DNA of 64,000 nt from Alphaproteobacteria bacterium (GCA_965228895.1 OZ245842.1:5056001-5120000); one strand, 5' to 3'. Numbered from the stretch's first letter, positions 1 to 10,267 are shown. A program made the numbers and translations. Notes: generated from the sequence alone by a model not told the origin.

Positions 1-207
1 GTCAGGCGCAACCGCATGACCATGCTGAACCAGGACGGCAAGACCGATTACATCGATCCCAACATCGTGCGCGACGAAATTGCCCACGCAAGGCGGCTCT
101 TCAAAAAACATGACTGGCCGGTGATCGACGTGACGCGGCGTTCGATCGAGGAAACCGCTGCCGCCATTCTGCAGCTCTATGACGAACGTATGGGCGTGAT
201 GCCATGA
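1..207 (+). CDS. Pyruvate,water/phosphate dikinase regulatory kinase-pyrophosphorylase (DUF299), 3' fragment
   Basis: C-terminal [18 protein letters not shown] motif; open frame runs off the window start; canonical position before maf-aroE-coaE-dnaQ. Confidence 0.85.
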   Translation, partial: VRRNRMTMLNQDGKTDYIDPNIVRDEIAHARRLFKKHDWPVIDVTRRSIEETAAAILQLYDERMGVMP

Positions 208-809
208 GCGACGCGCCGGCACTGGTCCTGGCTTCCAAGAGTTTCGGACGGCGCGCCATGCTCGAGAATGCCGGCGTGCCATTTGTTGCCGATGTCGCGC
301 AAGTCGACGAAGCGTCCGTCAAGGATTCGCTAAAGGCGGAGGATGCAACCGCCGAACAGGCGGCCGAAACTCTCGCCGAACTGAAGGCCAAGCGCGTGGC
401 GCCGCGTCACAGCGGCGCTCTGGTGATCGGCGCGGACTCAATCCTGGATCTCGATGGAGAATGGTTCGACAAGCCCGACGACATTGCCGGCGCGCGAGAT
501 CATCTGATGCGTCTGCGCGGCCGCCGCCACCGCATCGTGTCGGCCGCGGTGTTGGTGCGTGATGACGCGCGATTGTGGGCCGAGACCGACGCGGCGACAC
601 TGGAAATGCGATCGTTCTCCGAGGCGTTTCTGGACGACTACCTCGCACGTGTCGGCGATCGCGCGACCCAGAGCGTCGGCGCCTATCAGATAGAGGGCCC
701 GGGCGTGCAGCTCTTTTCGCGCATCCAAGGCGATCCCTTTACGATCATCGGCATGCCGCTTTTGCCGCTGCTCGAAATCCTGCGCCAGCACGCGGTGATC
801 GTGCCGTGA
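204..809 (+). CDS. maf: Maf family nucleoside triphosphate pyrophosphatase
   Basis: LVLASKS..RRAML, VIGADS, KP and VGAYQIEG motifs; ATGA overlap with upstream gene. Confidence 0.93.
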   Translation: MSDAPALVLASKSFGRRAMLENAGVPFVADVAQVDEASVKDSLKAEDATAEQAAETLAELKAKRVAPRHSGALVIGADSILDLDGEWFDKPDDIAGARDHLMRLRGRRHRIVSAAVLVRDDARLWAETDAATLEMRSFSEAFLDDYLARVGDRATQSVGAYQIEGPGVQLFSRIQGDPFTIIGMPLLPLLEILRQHAVIVP

Positions 810-1645
810 TCCCCAGCGGCGCAGCGCGGCTTGCCGGCGTCATGGGGTGGCCGGTCAGTCATTCACGTTCGCCGCGATTGCACGGTTTCTGGCTCGATAC
901 CTATGGCATCGATGGCGCCTATGTGCCGCTCGCCGTGCCGCCCGACCGTTTCGAACAAGCCTTGCGCGCGCTGCCTGTGCTCGGCTTCCGCGGTGCCAAC
1001 GTCACCGTTCCGCACAAGGAGGCGGCGCTGGCGCTCGCCGATCATGCCGACGATCACGCGTGCCGCATCGGGGCCGCCAACACTATCGTTGTCGGCGACG
1101 ACGGCGTCCTCCATGCCAGCAACACCGATGGATACGGTTTTCTGGAACACTTGCGCGCAAGCGCCACAACCTGGGTGTCTGACGAACCGGTGCTGGTGCT
1201 GGGCGCCGGTGGTGCATCCCGCGCGGTCATCGTCGCCTTGCTCGACGCCGGCGTGCCGGAGGTCCGGCTTGCCAACCGCACGGCTGCGCGCGCGCAGGCC
1301 TTGGCTGCCGAGCTCGCTGGACCAATCACGGCGCTGCCCTGGGACGAGCGCGGCGACGCAGCGTCGGGATGTGGTTTGGTCGTCAACACGACAACACTCG
1401 GCATGACCGGACAACCGCCCCTCGACTTGTCGCTAGACGCCTTGGGCGAGGGCGCGGTCGTTTACGACCTCGTCTACGCGCCGTTGGATACCCCTCTGCT
1501 TTCGGGCGCGCGCCAAAGGGGTCTCGCCGCCGTCGATGGGCTCGGTATGCTGTTGCACCAGGCCCGTCCCGGCTTCGCCGCGTGGTTCGGCTGGGAGCCC
1601 GAGGTGACCGACGATCTCTATCGTTTCGTGGCCGAAGGGCTCTAG
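806..1645 (+). CDS. aroE: Shikimate dehydrogenase
   Basis: G.PVSHSRSP, GANVTVPHK, NTDGYGF, GAGGA, DGLGMLLHQA; GTG start overlaps maf stop. Confidence 0.95.
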   Translation: MIPSGAARLAGVMGWPVSHSRSPRLHGFWLDTYGIDGAYVPLAVPPDRFEQALRALPVLGFRGANVTVPHKEAALALADHADDHACRIGAANTIVVGDDGVLHASNTDGYGFLEHLRASATTWVSDEPVLVLGAGGASRAVIVALLDAGVPEVRLANRTAARAQALAAELAGPITALPWDERGDAASGCGLVVNTTTLGMTGQPPLDLSLDALGEGAVVYDLVYAPLDTPLLSGARQRGLAAVDGLGMLLHQARPGFAAWFGWEPEVTDDLYRFVAEGL

Positions 1646-1650
1646 GCGCC

Positions 1651-2277
1651 ATGTTTGTGCTTGGCCTGACCGGTTCGATCGGCATGGGCAAGACGACGGC
1701 TGCCGTGATGTTTCGCCGTGAAGGGGCCGCCGTGCACGACGCCGATGCGGTCGTGCATGGTTTGCTCGGGCCGCGCGGTGAGGCGGTCGCGCCGGTCGCG
1801 GCGGCCTTCGGCGGTGTTGTTGAGGGCGTGGGCCAAAGCGCCCATATCGACCGCAAGGCGCTGGGCGCTCAGGTCTTCGACGACGGCGACGCGCTGACCC
1901 GCCTGGAAAACATCCTGCATCCGATGGTGCGTGAGGCAGAGGACCGGTTCCTGCGTTTGATGACGCGCCAGGGCAGACGCCTGGTGGTGCTGGATATCCC
2001 GTTGTTGTTCGAAACCGGCGCCGAGGTTCGGTGCGACGCCACGGCGGTGGTCAGTGCGCCCGCCTTCGTTCAGGAGGCACGCGTCCTGTCGCGGCCGGGC
2101 ATGACGCCGGAACGCCTGGCCAGCATCCGTGCGCGTCAGATGCCGGATGCGGAGAAGCGGCGACGCGCCGACTTTGTGCTGCCGACCGGGCTGGGCAAAG
2201 CAACAACCTTGCGGGCTATCGGTGCAGTCGTCAGACTGGTATCGACCCGAGCCGGCCACACGTGGCCTCCCCGATAA
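1651..2277 (+). CDS. coaE: Dephospho-CoA kinase
   Basis: GLTGSIGMGKTT P-loop, DIPLLFE. Confidence 0.95.
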   Translation: MFVLGLTGSIGMGKTTAAVMFRREGAAVHDADAVVHGLLGPRGEAVAPVAAAFGGVVEGVGQSAHIDRKALGAQVFDDGDALTRLENILHPMVREAEDRFLRLMTRQGRRLVVLDIPLLFETGAEVRCDATAVVSAPAFVQEARVLSRPGMTPERLASIRARQMPDAEKRRRADFVLPTGLGKATTLRAIGAVVRLVSTRAGHTWPPR

Positions 2278-2287
2278 GGAGTTCGTC

Positions 2288-2974
2288 ATGCGCGAAGTGG
2301 TGCTGGACACCGAGACGACAGGCCTTGATGTCCTGGCCGGCCACCGCATTGTCGAGATCGGCTGTGTTGAGCTGGTCAACCACGTGCCGACCGGCCAGAC
2401 ATTCCAGCGCTACCTCAATCCCGACCGCGCCAACGAGCGCGAGGCGTTCGAGGTGCATGGCCTAAGCGACAACTTCCTGTCGCGCCAGATGCGGTTTCGC
2501 GAGATTGCCGATGATCTCATGGACTTTCTGACCGACAGCCCGTTGATCATCCATAACGCGGCCTTTGATCTGGGTTTCCTGAACTTCGAGTTGGAACAGG
2601 CCGGCCATCCGCGCATCAGCGGCGAACGTGTCGTCGACTCCCTTGAGCTGGCCCGGCGCACGTTCCCGGGCCAGGCGAACAGCTTGGACGCGCTGATGCG
2701 CCGCTTCGAAATCGATGCGACCGCGCGCACCCATCACGGCGCGCTCTTGGATGCCGAACTGCTGGCGAAGGTCTATCTGGAGCTAAAGGGTGGCCGCCAA
2801 CAGGGCCTGGGATTCGGCCCAGCGGTCGATGATCAGGCTGTCGCGGTCGAGGACGAGGCGGATACCGAGACGACCGTGCGCGACGCGCGCCCGCACGAGC
2901 CGACCGCCCAGGAACTCGCCGCACACGAAGCGTTTCTGGATAACCTTAACGACCCCATCTGGCGGCGCGGTTAG
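2288..2974 (+). CDS. dnaQ: DNA polymerase III epsilon subunit
   Basis: DEDDh motifs LDTETTG, HNAAFD, HGALLDAELL; AAGGAG RBS. Confidence 0.96.
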   Translation: MREVVLDTETTGLDVLAGHRIVEIGCVELVNHVPTGQTFQRYLNPDRANEREAFEVHGLSDNFLSRQMRFREIADDLMDFLTDSPLIIHNAAFDLGFLNFELEQAGHPRISGERVVDSLELARRTFPGQANSLDALMRRFEIDATARTHHGALLDAELLAKVYLELKGGRQQGLGFGPAVDDQAVAVEDEADTETTVRDARPHEPTAQELAAHEAFLDNLNDPIWRRG

Positions 2975-2986
2975 CGCGCGACTCAA

Positions 2987-3508
2987 TCAACCGGCGCTAT
3001 CGCCGCCGTTCGCACCGGCGGCAGCCTGCTCGGCAACGCGGCGCCGGTAAATGTTGGCGAAATCGACCGGCTCCAGCATAAGCGGCGGAAATCCACCATC
3101 GCGGGCCGCATCCGCCACGATCCGGCGCGCAAACGGAAAAATTGTGCGCGGGCCTTCGATCATAAGAATGGCTTGTGCGACATTCGGTTCGGCACCGGTC
3201 AACGAGAACACGCCGCGATAGTCGACCTCGACAAGAAAACAAGGCTCGTCGTTCTGTTTTGCGTCGGCGGTAATCTTTAGGGCGACCTCATAGGTCGTCT
3301 CGCCGAGCTTGCGGGAATCAACGTTCAGGTTGACCTGAACCTGGGGCGCCAGTTCACCCTGGGTGAAGGCTTTCGCGCCGTTCGGGTTCTCGAACGAGAG
3401 ATCCTGCAGGAACTGGCTGTGCAGCAACAGTCGCGGACTTTCCGTCGGCTGCTGGTCGCCGGAGGAGGCGGCGCCTTCCGGTGCTGCGGCGTTTTCGTCG
3501 GCCATCAA
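2987..3508 (-). CDS. secB: Protein-export chaperone SecB
   Basis: QFLQDLSFENP, FPFARRIVAD..RDGGFPPLML.PVDF. Confidence 0.95.
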   Translation of the reverse strand: MMADENAAAPEGAASSGDQQPTESPRLLLHSQFLQDLSFENPNGAKAFTQGELAPQVQVNLNVDSRKLGETTYEVALKITADAKQNDEPCFLVEVDYRGVFSLTGAEPNVAQAILMIEGPRTIFPFARRIVADAARDGGFPPLMLEPVDFANIYRRRVAEQAAAGANGGDSAG

Positions 3509-3653
3509 TGCGGCTCCATCTTTAGAAAGAGACAGGGAGTGGTTGTGTGCTGAATTGTGGCGGCAGGGCTATCACGGATCGCCGGTGCAAACAACCGGAC
3601 TACCACCACGCTGTTCAGACAGCAACCTGTTGAAATAGAAGGATTAAATCACC

Positions 3654-4124
3654 CTAGCGACGCCAGCGTGAATCCGGGTTGTGTTCAATCGTACCCTGGA
3701 TGTCGTCGACGACCTCGTATTCACCTTCAATCGTGCCATCGCGCGTGCGGCCCGCAGCCATGCCAGCGACTTCGACATGACGCGCCAGGCGTGCCTGCAA
3801 GAACCGACGAAGCGGCGGCACCAGCAGGAGGAATCCGACCACGTCGGTAAAAAATCCGGGCGTCATTAACAAAAATCCGGCAACGACGAGGCAGACACCG
3901 TCAAACGCCTCTTCGGCCGGAAACCGGTTCTCGCCCAGCGCATTGCGCGCGCGGTTAACCGTCGCCATGCCCTGAAGCCGGACCAGCCAAGCGCCCAGGC
4001 CGGCCGTCACAAGACAAAGCGCAATCGTCCAGCCTGCGCCAATGGCGCCGCCGACCAGGATAAAAAGATAGACCTCGATCAGGGGAATGCCGAGGAACAG
4101 GACAAAAAGGATTAATAGGGGCAT
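3654..4124 (-). CDS. fxsA: FxsA family membrane protein
   Basis: PLIEVYLFI, GFLLMTPGFFTD, IEGEYEVVD; adjacent to secB. Confidence 0.92.
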   Translation of the reverse strand: MPLLILFVLFLGIPLIEVYLFILVGGAIGAGWTIALCLVTAGLGAWLVRLQGMATVNRARNALGENRFPAEEAFDGVCLVVAGFLLMTPGFFTDVVGFLLLVPPLRRFLQARLARHVEVAGMAAGRTRDGTIEGEYEVVDDIQGTIEHNPDSRWRR

Positions 4125-4297
4125 GGTTGCGTCACGTTGGTGGGATCTCCATGTTACATGGTATGCTGTACGCTCCGGCGAAAGGCCTAGCGTGGGCTGC
4201 CTTCGACTCGACCCGGTGGGCCGAAGCCTTTAGTCTCTGAAGGCGGACGGCAGCCATGGTCCGCCAAGAGACCAAGATGGACACGGAATAGAAAGCC

Positions 4298-4969
4298 TTG
4301 GAAGGCACATTCATCGATATCATCGTCTTCGCGGCGATCGCGGGCTTCGTCCTGTTCCGGCTCTACAATGTGCTGGGCCGGCGCACGGGACACGAACGCA
4401 CGCAGCCGCCGCCGATTGCGTCGGATAGCGCGAAAGACAAGAACGATAAGGACAATGTCGTTCGCCTGCCCGATCGTGACGATCCTGCCATGCCGTCCGC
4501 TATCGACATGGACGGCCCGCTCGCGGCCGGTATCACGCAGATCCGTATGGCCGACCGCGACTTCGATATGGACCATTTCCTGGCCGGTGCGCGATCGGCC
4601 TTTGAAATGATCCTGGAGTCCTTCGCCAAAGGTGATCTTTCACCCGTGCGCGGATTCCTGGCCGACGATGTCTATCGCCGTTTTGCCGCCGCGCTCGACG
4701 GTCATGGCAAGGATGGCCAGACGCGCGAGGCCGACCTGATTTCGATCACCGGCTGCGAAGCGATCGAGGCCGGCGTCGAGGATCGTTTTGCGAAGGTGAC
4801 GGTCAAGTTCACCAGCGAACAAACTGACGTCGTCAAGGACTCGGAAGGCCGCATCATCGCGGGCGATCCCAGCGAGACGCTGGAGATCGTCGACATCTGG
4901 ACCTTTGCGCGCGACACCGATACGCGCGATCCCAACTGGCAACTTGTCGCGACCCGCAGCCCGAACTGA
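4298..4969 (+). CDS. Tim44/TimA family adaptor protein
   Basis: N-terminal TM then LYNVLGRRTG; C-terminal DIWTFARD....PNWQLVAT; TTG start. Confidence 0.9.
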   Translation: MEGTFIDIIVFAAIAGFVLFRLYNVLGRRTGHERTQPPPIASDSAKDKNDKDNVVRLPDRDDPAMPSAIDMDGPLAAGITQIRMADRDFDMDHFLAGARSAFEMILESFAKGDLSPVRGFLADDVYRRFAAALDGHGKDGQTREADLISITGCEAIEAGVEDRFAKVTVKFTSEQTDVVKDSEGRIIAGDPSETLEIVDIWTFARDTDTRDPNWQLVATRSPN

Positions 4970-4980
4970 GCCGCGGTCCG

Positions 4981-5038
4981 GAGCGGATCGTGATGAGGTG
5001 AGACCGTCAATCGATCCCACCAAAACAGGATCTGCTCT
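4981..5038. repeat. Internally deleted copy of the bulged twin-hairpin repeat, overlapping the mltA 5' end
   Basis: Left GAGCGGATCGTG matches 41156; right CAAAACAGGATCTGCTCT matches 46196-46213. Confidence 0.7.
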
Positions 5039-6218
5039 GGGTCGCGCGCTCGTCGGTATGGCGGCGGTGCTGCTTGTGGCGGCCTGCACGACGCGCGCGC
5101 CCGAGGAAGCCGTCGACGAAACACCCGTCATGACACTGCTTCCGGCTGGCTTCGCCGAGGTGCCGGGGTGGACAAACGACGATCAGGGCGGCGCGCTTAC
5201 GGCGTTTTTGATTTCCTGCGCTAGGCTGGAAACTTTGCCCAGCGACCGCTCCATGGGTGTGCTTCCGGCCGCCGGTGTCGTCGGCGACTGGCTGCCGGCA
5301 TGCCGTGCCGCGAAGAACGTTCCCGATGGTGGCGCGCGGCAATTCTTCGAGACCTGGTTTCGTCCGTGGGCGGTCGACGATCGCGGCGGCGACCAGGGTC
5401 TGATGACGGGCTATTACGAACCCCTGCTTCAGGGGTCGCTGGTGCGCGACGCGACCTACGCCTATCCGCTTTATGCCAAACCCGACGATATCATTACCGT
5501 CGATCTGGGTGCCTTTTCCGAGGATCTCGACGGTCGCAGCATCTCCGGCCAGCTCGACGGCGGGACGCTGATCCCCTATCACGACCGCGCGGCGATCGAC
5601 GACGGCGCGCTTGCCGCGCGCGACCTGGAGATCGTCTGGGTCGACGATCCCATCGCCGCGTTTTTCCTGCATATCCAGGGATCAGGTCGGGTCGCGCTAG
5701 ACGATGGCACGCAGTTGCGGGTTGGTTACGCCGGTCAGAACGGCCGGCCCTACTTCGCCATCGGTCGGGATCTCGTCGCGCGCGGCGAACTGACCAAGGA
5801 AGAGGTTTCGCTACAATCGATCCGCGACTGGCTCAAAGCCCATCCCGGCGAGGCGGCGACGGTCATGGAGAAGAACCCCTCCTATATCTTTTTCAGCGTC
5901 CTCGACGGGCCGGGCCCTCTGGGCGCCCAGGGTGTCCCGTTGACGCCGGAACGCAGCCTTGCGGTTGACCGCGAATACGTGCCGCTGGGTCTGCCGGTCT
6001 GGCTGGAGACGACGCTGCCCGATGACACGCCCTATCGACGCTTGATGATTGCGCAGGATACCGGCGGCGCCATCAACGGCCCGATCCGTGGCGACGTTTT
6101 CTTCGGCGCCGGTCAGCGGGCCGAGGATCTGGCCGGCCACATGAAACAAGACGGCCGCTTCTGGTTGTTGCTGCCGAGCTTGGTACCGTCCGGCGAGTTC
6201 GCCGCTGTCGTCCCATGA
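4998..6218 (+). CDS. mltA: Membrane-bound lytic murein transglycosylase A (lipoprotein)
   Basis: Lipobox VAAC; TGYYEP, LHIQGSG, NPSYIFF, AQDTGGAINGP.RGD; start uncertain (GTG 4998 or ATG 5058). Confidence 0.92.
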   Translation: MRPSIDPTKTGSALGRALVGMAAVLLVAACTTRAPEEAVDETPVMTLLPAGFAEVPGWTNDDQGGALTAFLISCARLETLPSDRSMGVLPAAGVVGDWLPACRAAKNVPDGGARQFFETWFRPWAVDDRGGDQGLMTGYYEPLLQGSLVRDATYAYPLYAKPDDIITVDLGAFSEDLDGRSISGQLDGGTLIPYHDRAAIDDGALAARDLEIVWVDDPIAAFFLHIQGSGRVALDDGTQLRVGYAGQNGRPYFAIGRDLVARGELTKEEVSLQSIRDWLKAHPGEAATVMEKNPSYIFFSVLDGPGPLGAQGVPLTPERSLAVDREYVPLGLPVWLETTLPDDTPYRRLMIAQDTGGAINGPIRGDVFFGAGQRAEDLAGHMKQDGRFWLLLPSLVPSGEFAAVVP

Positions 6219-6225
6219 TCAGACC

Positions 6226-6993
6226 ATGACTGCGACGCCGGCGCCGCGTGTCGCACTCTTCGTCTCCTGTCTTGTCGACCTGATGCGCCCGACCGTCGGC
6301 TTTGCCGCGGTCAAGCTGCTGCAAGACGCCGGCTGTACCGTCGAGGTGCCGGAGCAGACGTGCTGTGGCCAGCCGGCCTACAATTCAGGTGACCGCGACA
6401 ACGCCCGGAAGGTCGCGCGCGGCCAGCTGCATCAATTTCAGGGCTACGACTACATCGTCGTGCCGTCCGGTTCATGCGCTGGCATGCTGGCCCATGACTT
6501 TGTCGATCTTTTCGACGGCAGCGATGACGCAGAGTTGGCAGCCGACATTGCCGGGCGCACCCATGAGCTGACATCGTTTCTGGTCGACACGATGGGCGTT
6601 GATGCCGTCACGGCATCCTATGACGGGATCGTCACCTATCACGACAGCTGCTCGTCACTGCGGGCGATGCAGGTGCGCGATCAGCCGCGCCGGCTGCTCG
6701 AAAGCGTTGCCGGGCTGACGCTGCGCGAGGCGAAGGATCACCAGGTTTGCTGTGGCTTTGGCGGCACATTTTGCGTCAAGTATCCGGCCATATCATCGGC
6801 CATGGCCGCCGATAAGGCGGACCGTCTGGCCGAGACCGGCGCCGATACGGTCCTGGCCGGTGACCTCGGCTGCCTGATGAACATCGCCGGCATCTTAAAA
6901 CGTCGGGAGTCACCGATACGCGTGCGTCACGTCGCCGAGGTGTTGGCCGGCATGATGGACAGCCCGGCGATCGGCGAAGGCAGGCAGGCCTGA
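6226..6993 (+). CDS. lutA: L-lactate utilization Fe-S protein LutA/LldE
   Basis: Two CCG domains: QTCCGQPA, YHDSC, CCGFGGTF. Confidence 0.9.
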   Translation: MTATPAPRVALFVSCLVDLMRPTVGFAAVKLLQDAGCTVEVPEQTCCGQPAYNSGDRDNARKVARGQLHQFQGYDYIVVPSGSCAGMLAHDFVDLFDGSDDAELAADIAGRTHELTSFLVDTMGVDAVTASYDGIVTYHDSCSSLRAMQVRDQPRRLLESVAGLTLREAKDHQVCCGFGGTFCVKYPAISSAMAADKADRLAETGADTVLAGDLGCLMNIAGILKRRESPIRVRHVAEVLAGMMDSPAIGEGRQA

Positions 6994-8408
6994 TGGAACG
7001 CTCGGCGCGCGCCTTCAAGACCAACGCCCAGGAAGCACTGGCCGATGACGTGCTGCAAGACAACCTGGTTAAGCTGAAGGGCAATTTTTTGGTACGCCGC
7101 GAACGCGCCCGCGAAAGCCTGCCGGAATTCGACACGCTGCGCGACGAAGCCAAAGCGATCAAGGACCACACGCTCGCCCATCTCGATCTCTATCTCGAGG
7201 CGTTCGAGGCTGAGGTAACGGCAACCGGCGGCCAGGTCCATTGGGCGCGCGACGCGGCGGAGGCCCGCGCCATCGTGCTCGACATTTGCCGGGACGAAGG
7301 CGCCCGGACGGTCACCAAGGGTAAATCCATGATCGCCGAGGAGATCGACCTCAATCCGTTCCTGGAAGCCCATGGCATCGAACCGGTCGAGACGGATCTC
7401 GGCGAATACATCATTCAGTTGGCGAACGAGCCGCCCAGTCACATTATCGCGCCGGCGATCCACAAGAACCGCCAGCAGGTCGCCGCGCTGTTTGCCGACA
7501 ACCATCCGCATCTCAACGGTCGCCTGCTCGACGATATCGACGACATGCTGGCCGATGCGCGCAAGGTCCTGCGCGAGAGATTTCTGAATGCCGATGTCGG
7601 CATCACCGGCGCCAACTTCCTGGTCGCCGAAACCGGCCAGACGATCATCGTCACCAACGAGGGCAACGGCGATCTGACCCAGCTCTTGCCGCGCGTCCAT
7701 GTCGCGCTGGCCTCGATCGAAAAGGCGGTGCCGACCCTCGAGGACGTGACCACGATCCTGCGTGTGCTCGCCCGTTCGGCGACTGGTCAGGAGATGGCGT
7801 CCTATACGACGTTTTCCGCCGGCGGGCGGCGCGACGGCGAGATCGACGGGCCGGAGGCCTTTCATGTCGTGATCGTCGACAACGGTCGTTCCGCGATGTT
7901 GGGCAGCGAGGTCCAGGACATGCTGCGCTGCATCCGATGCGGCTGTTGCCTTAACGCCTGCCCGGTCTACGGCAAGCTGGGCGGTCACGTTTACGGCACG
8001 ACCTATTCCGGCCCGATGGGATCGGTCCTGTCGCCGTCGCTGTTCGGCATCGAGGCGATGCATCACCTGCCGAATGCATCGACCTTGTGCGGGCGGTGTG
8101 AAGATGTCTGCCCGATGCGTATCCCGATCCCGCGCATGTTGCGCTATTGGCGCGAGCAGGAAACTGCGCGGGGTATGGCGCCACCGGCGGCGCGCTGGGG
8201 CCTCAACCTGTGGAGTGCTTTTGCCAGCAGGCCCGCGCTCTACCGGCGTTTGATGCGTGTTGGCGTCGGACTACTCGGCCGGATGGGCCGCCGCCACGGC
8301 CGTTTCGCCAATCTGCCACTGGCCGGCGGCTGGACCCGGACGCGCGAGATGCCGGCGCCGGAAGGACGGACCTTTCAGGACCGGTGGCAGAAGGGCGAAC
8401 GGCCATGA
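6993..8408 (+). CDS. lutB: L-lactate utilization Fe-S protein LutB/LldF
   Basis: KGKSM, ETDLGEYI, NEGN, CIRCGCCLNACP and CGRCEDVCP ferredoxin motifs. Confidence 0.93.
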   Translation: MERSARAFKTNAQEALADDVLQDNLVKLKGNFLVRRERARESLPEFDTLRDEAKAIKDHTLAHLDLYLEAFEAEVTATGGQVHWARDAAEARAIVLDICRDEGARTVTKGKSMIAEEIDLNPFLEAHGIEPVETDLGEYIIQLANEPPSHIIAPAIHKNRQQVAALFADNHPHLNGRLLDDIDDMLADARKVLRERFLNADVGITGANFLVAETGQTIIVTNEGNGDLTQLLPRVHVALASIEKAVPTLEDVTTILRVLARSATGQEMASYTTFSAGGRRDGEIDGPEAFHVVIVDNGRSAMLGSEVQDMLRCIRCGCCLNACPVYGKLGGHVYGTTYSGPMGSVLSPSLFGIEAMHHLPNASTLCGRCEDVCPMRIPIPRMLRYWREQETARGMAPPAARWGLNLWSAFASRPALYRRLMRVGVGLLGRMGRRHGRFANLPLAGGWTRTREMPAPEGRTFQDRWQKGERP

Positions 8409-9094
8409 GCGGCGCGCGGGAAGCGGTGTTGGGCCGGGTGCGCGAGCGTCTCGCACGCTCGCCTGACGACGACGACCAAGCCCGGCAAGAGGTCGCCGAC
8501 CGGCTGGGCGGCCACCGGCGCGGCACCCGGCCGGCGCGCATCGATCTCGATCCGGCTGGGCTGAAGGTCTTGTTTGTCGAGAAGGCCGAGGCCGTCGACG
8601 CCACCGTCGCCCTGGTTGATTATGCTCAGGACGTGCCAGAGGCGGTGGCGGGATATCTGCGCGACCACAACCTGCCGGCCAAGGCGGCCATCGCACCCCA
8701 TGCGGCGCTCGACGCCATGCCCTGGCAGGGATCGTCGTTGACGCTGGCGCGCCGGGCGGCCGAGGGAGACGATTCGGTCGGCATCGCCCACGCGTTCGCC
8801 GGCATCGCCGAGACCGGCACTTTGATGATGGCGTCAGGCCCGGACTCGCCGGCAACCCTCAACTTCCTACCGCCCACCAATATCGTCGTCTTGAACGAGG
8901 CGGACCTCGTCGGCGGCTATGAGGACGCCTGGCAGCGGCTGCGCGATGCCGGGAGGGGCCGGGGCAAGGACCTGCCGCGCACGGTCAACCTGATTACCGG
9001 CACCAGCCGCACCGGCGATATCGAACAGACCATCCAAAAAGGCGTCCACGGTCCAAAACGCCTCCATATCGTCGTGGTGCGCGACAGTTCTTGA
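8405..9094 (+). CDS. lutC: Lactate utilization protein LutC/LldG (LUD domain)
   Basis: IAETGTL, ITGTSRTGDIEQ...GVHGP; translationally coupled to lutB. Confidence 0.88.
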   Translation: MSGAREAVLGRVRERLARSPDDDDQARQEVADRLGGHRRGTRPARIDLDPAGLKVLFVEKAEAVDATVALVDYAQDVPEAVAGYLRDHNLPAKAAIAPHAALDAMPWQGSSLTLARRAAEGDDSVGIAHAFAGIAETGTLMMASGPDSPATLNFLPPTNIVVLNEADLVGGYEDAWQRLRDAGRGRGKDLPRTVNLITGTSRTGDIEQTIQKGVHGPKRLHIVVVRDSS

Positions 9095-9124
9095 CCGGCG
9101 GTCGCGTTGGGTCACCATGGGCCC

Positions 9125-10264
9125 ATGTCTGTCACCGACCTTCTGGCCGAAATCGGCCGCACCGCAGCGCTCCCCTTCGAGGCGGCGGAAACCCTTCCCT
9201 CCGGCGCCTATACCGACCCAGATTTCACCGCCCTGGAGGTCGAACGCCTGTTCCGTGGTGACTGGGTCTGTGTCGGCCGAACGGACGAAGTTCCCGAACC
9301 CGGCGACTATTTGACTCACCATATCGCCGGTACCGCCGTCGCCGTGGTGCGCCAGGCCGATGGGTCGCTCAAAGCGCTGGTCAACATCTGCCGCCATCGC
9401 ATGGCCGAGCTGTTGGTCGGCCAGGGCCATGTCGGCAAGATCGTCTGCCCCTATCATGCCTGGTCCTATGATCTCACCGGTCAGCTCCTGATGACGCCTT
9501 TCATGGGTCACGGGATCGACAAGAAAGAGATCTGCCTGCCCGTTCTGCGCTCAGACCAGTGGGAAGGCTGGATCTATGTCACCGGCGATCCGGATGTCGC
9601 GCCGATCTCCGAACGCCTCGAGAGCCTATCGCGCCGCATCGCCGACTACCGCATGGCCGACCATGTCATGGTCTATCGCGCGGCTGAGGTCTGGGACTGT
9701 AACTGGAAGTCCTTGGCCGAGAACTTCACCGAGAGTTATCACCTGTTCTCCAGCCACAAGGACACGCTGCAGCCCTTTGCCCCGACTCAAGGGGTGTGGT
9801 GCGAGCCCGGCGATGCCGGTTGGAACATCCATTGGATGGATACGTCCCGGCCGCAGACGAAAGTGTGGGATGACACGCCGGAGGCGGCGCTCAGCACCTT
9901 TCCGCTCTTCCACTGTTATCCGAGCCACGTGGTCAGCGTCTCGTTCAACCGCGGATTTTGGATGTCGCTGCAGCCCGAAGGGCCTGAGCGCGTTCGTATC
10001 TTGTGGGGCGCCACCGCGCCGGGTCAAATCGTGCCGAGCGAACCGGAGGCCCGCGCCGCCTATTGTGCCGAGGCCAAAAAGACGTTCGACGAGGTCAATC
10101 TGGAAGACCGCACCATCGTTGAAGCCATCGCACGCTCCCATCAAAGCCCCTATGCCGGGCGCGGCCGGCTGGGTGAAAAGGAGCGAACAATCTGGGAGTT
10201 CTGGCGGTTTCTTGCCGGCGCGCTTGGTGCGCCTCAGCCATCGGCCCTTTCTGCCGCGCGCTGA
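9125..10264 (+). CDS. Rieske non-heme iron oxygenase, alpha subunit
   Basis: Rieske CRH...CPYH; mononuclear Fe motif ENFTESYHLFSSH and ED. Confidence 0.9.
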   Translation: MSVTDLLAEIGRTAALPFEAAETLPSGAYTDPDFTALEVERLFRGDWVCVGRTDEVPEPGDYLTHHIAGTAVAVVRQADGSLKALVNICRHRMAELLVGQGHVGKIVCPYHAWSYDLTGQLLMTPFMGHGIDKKEICLPVLRSDQWEGWIYVTGDPDVAPISERLESLSRRIADYRMADHVMVYRAAEVWDCNWKSLAENFTESYHLFSSHKDTLQPFAPTQGVWCEPGDAGWNIHWMDTSRPQTKVWDDTPEAALSTFPLFHCYPSHVVSVSFNRGFWMSLQPEGPERVRILWGATAPGQIVPSEPEARAAYCAEAKKTFDEVNLEDRTIVEAIARSHQSPYAGRGRLGEKERTIWEFWRFLAGALGAPQPSALSAAR

Positions 10265-10267
10265 CGC

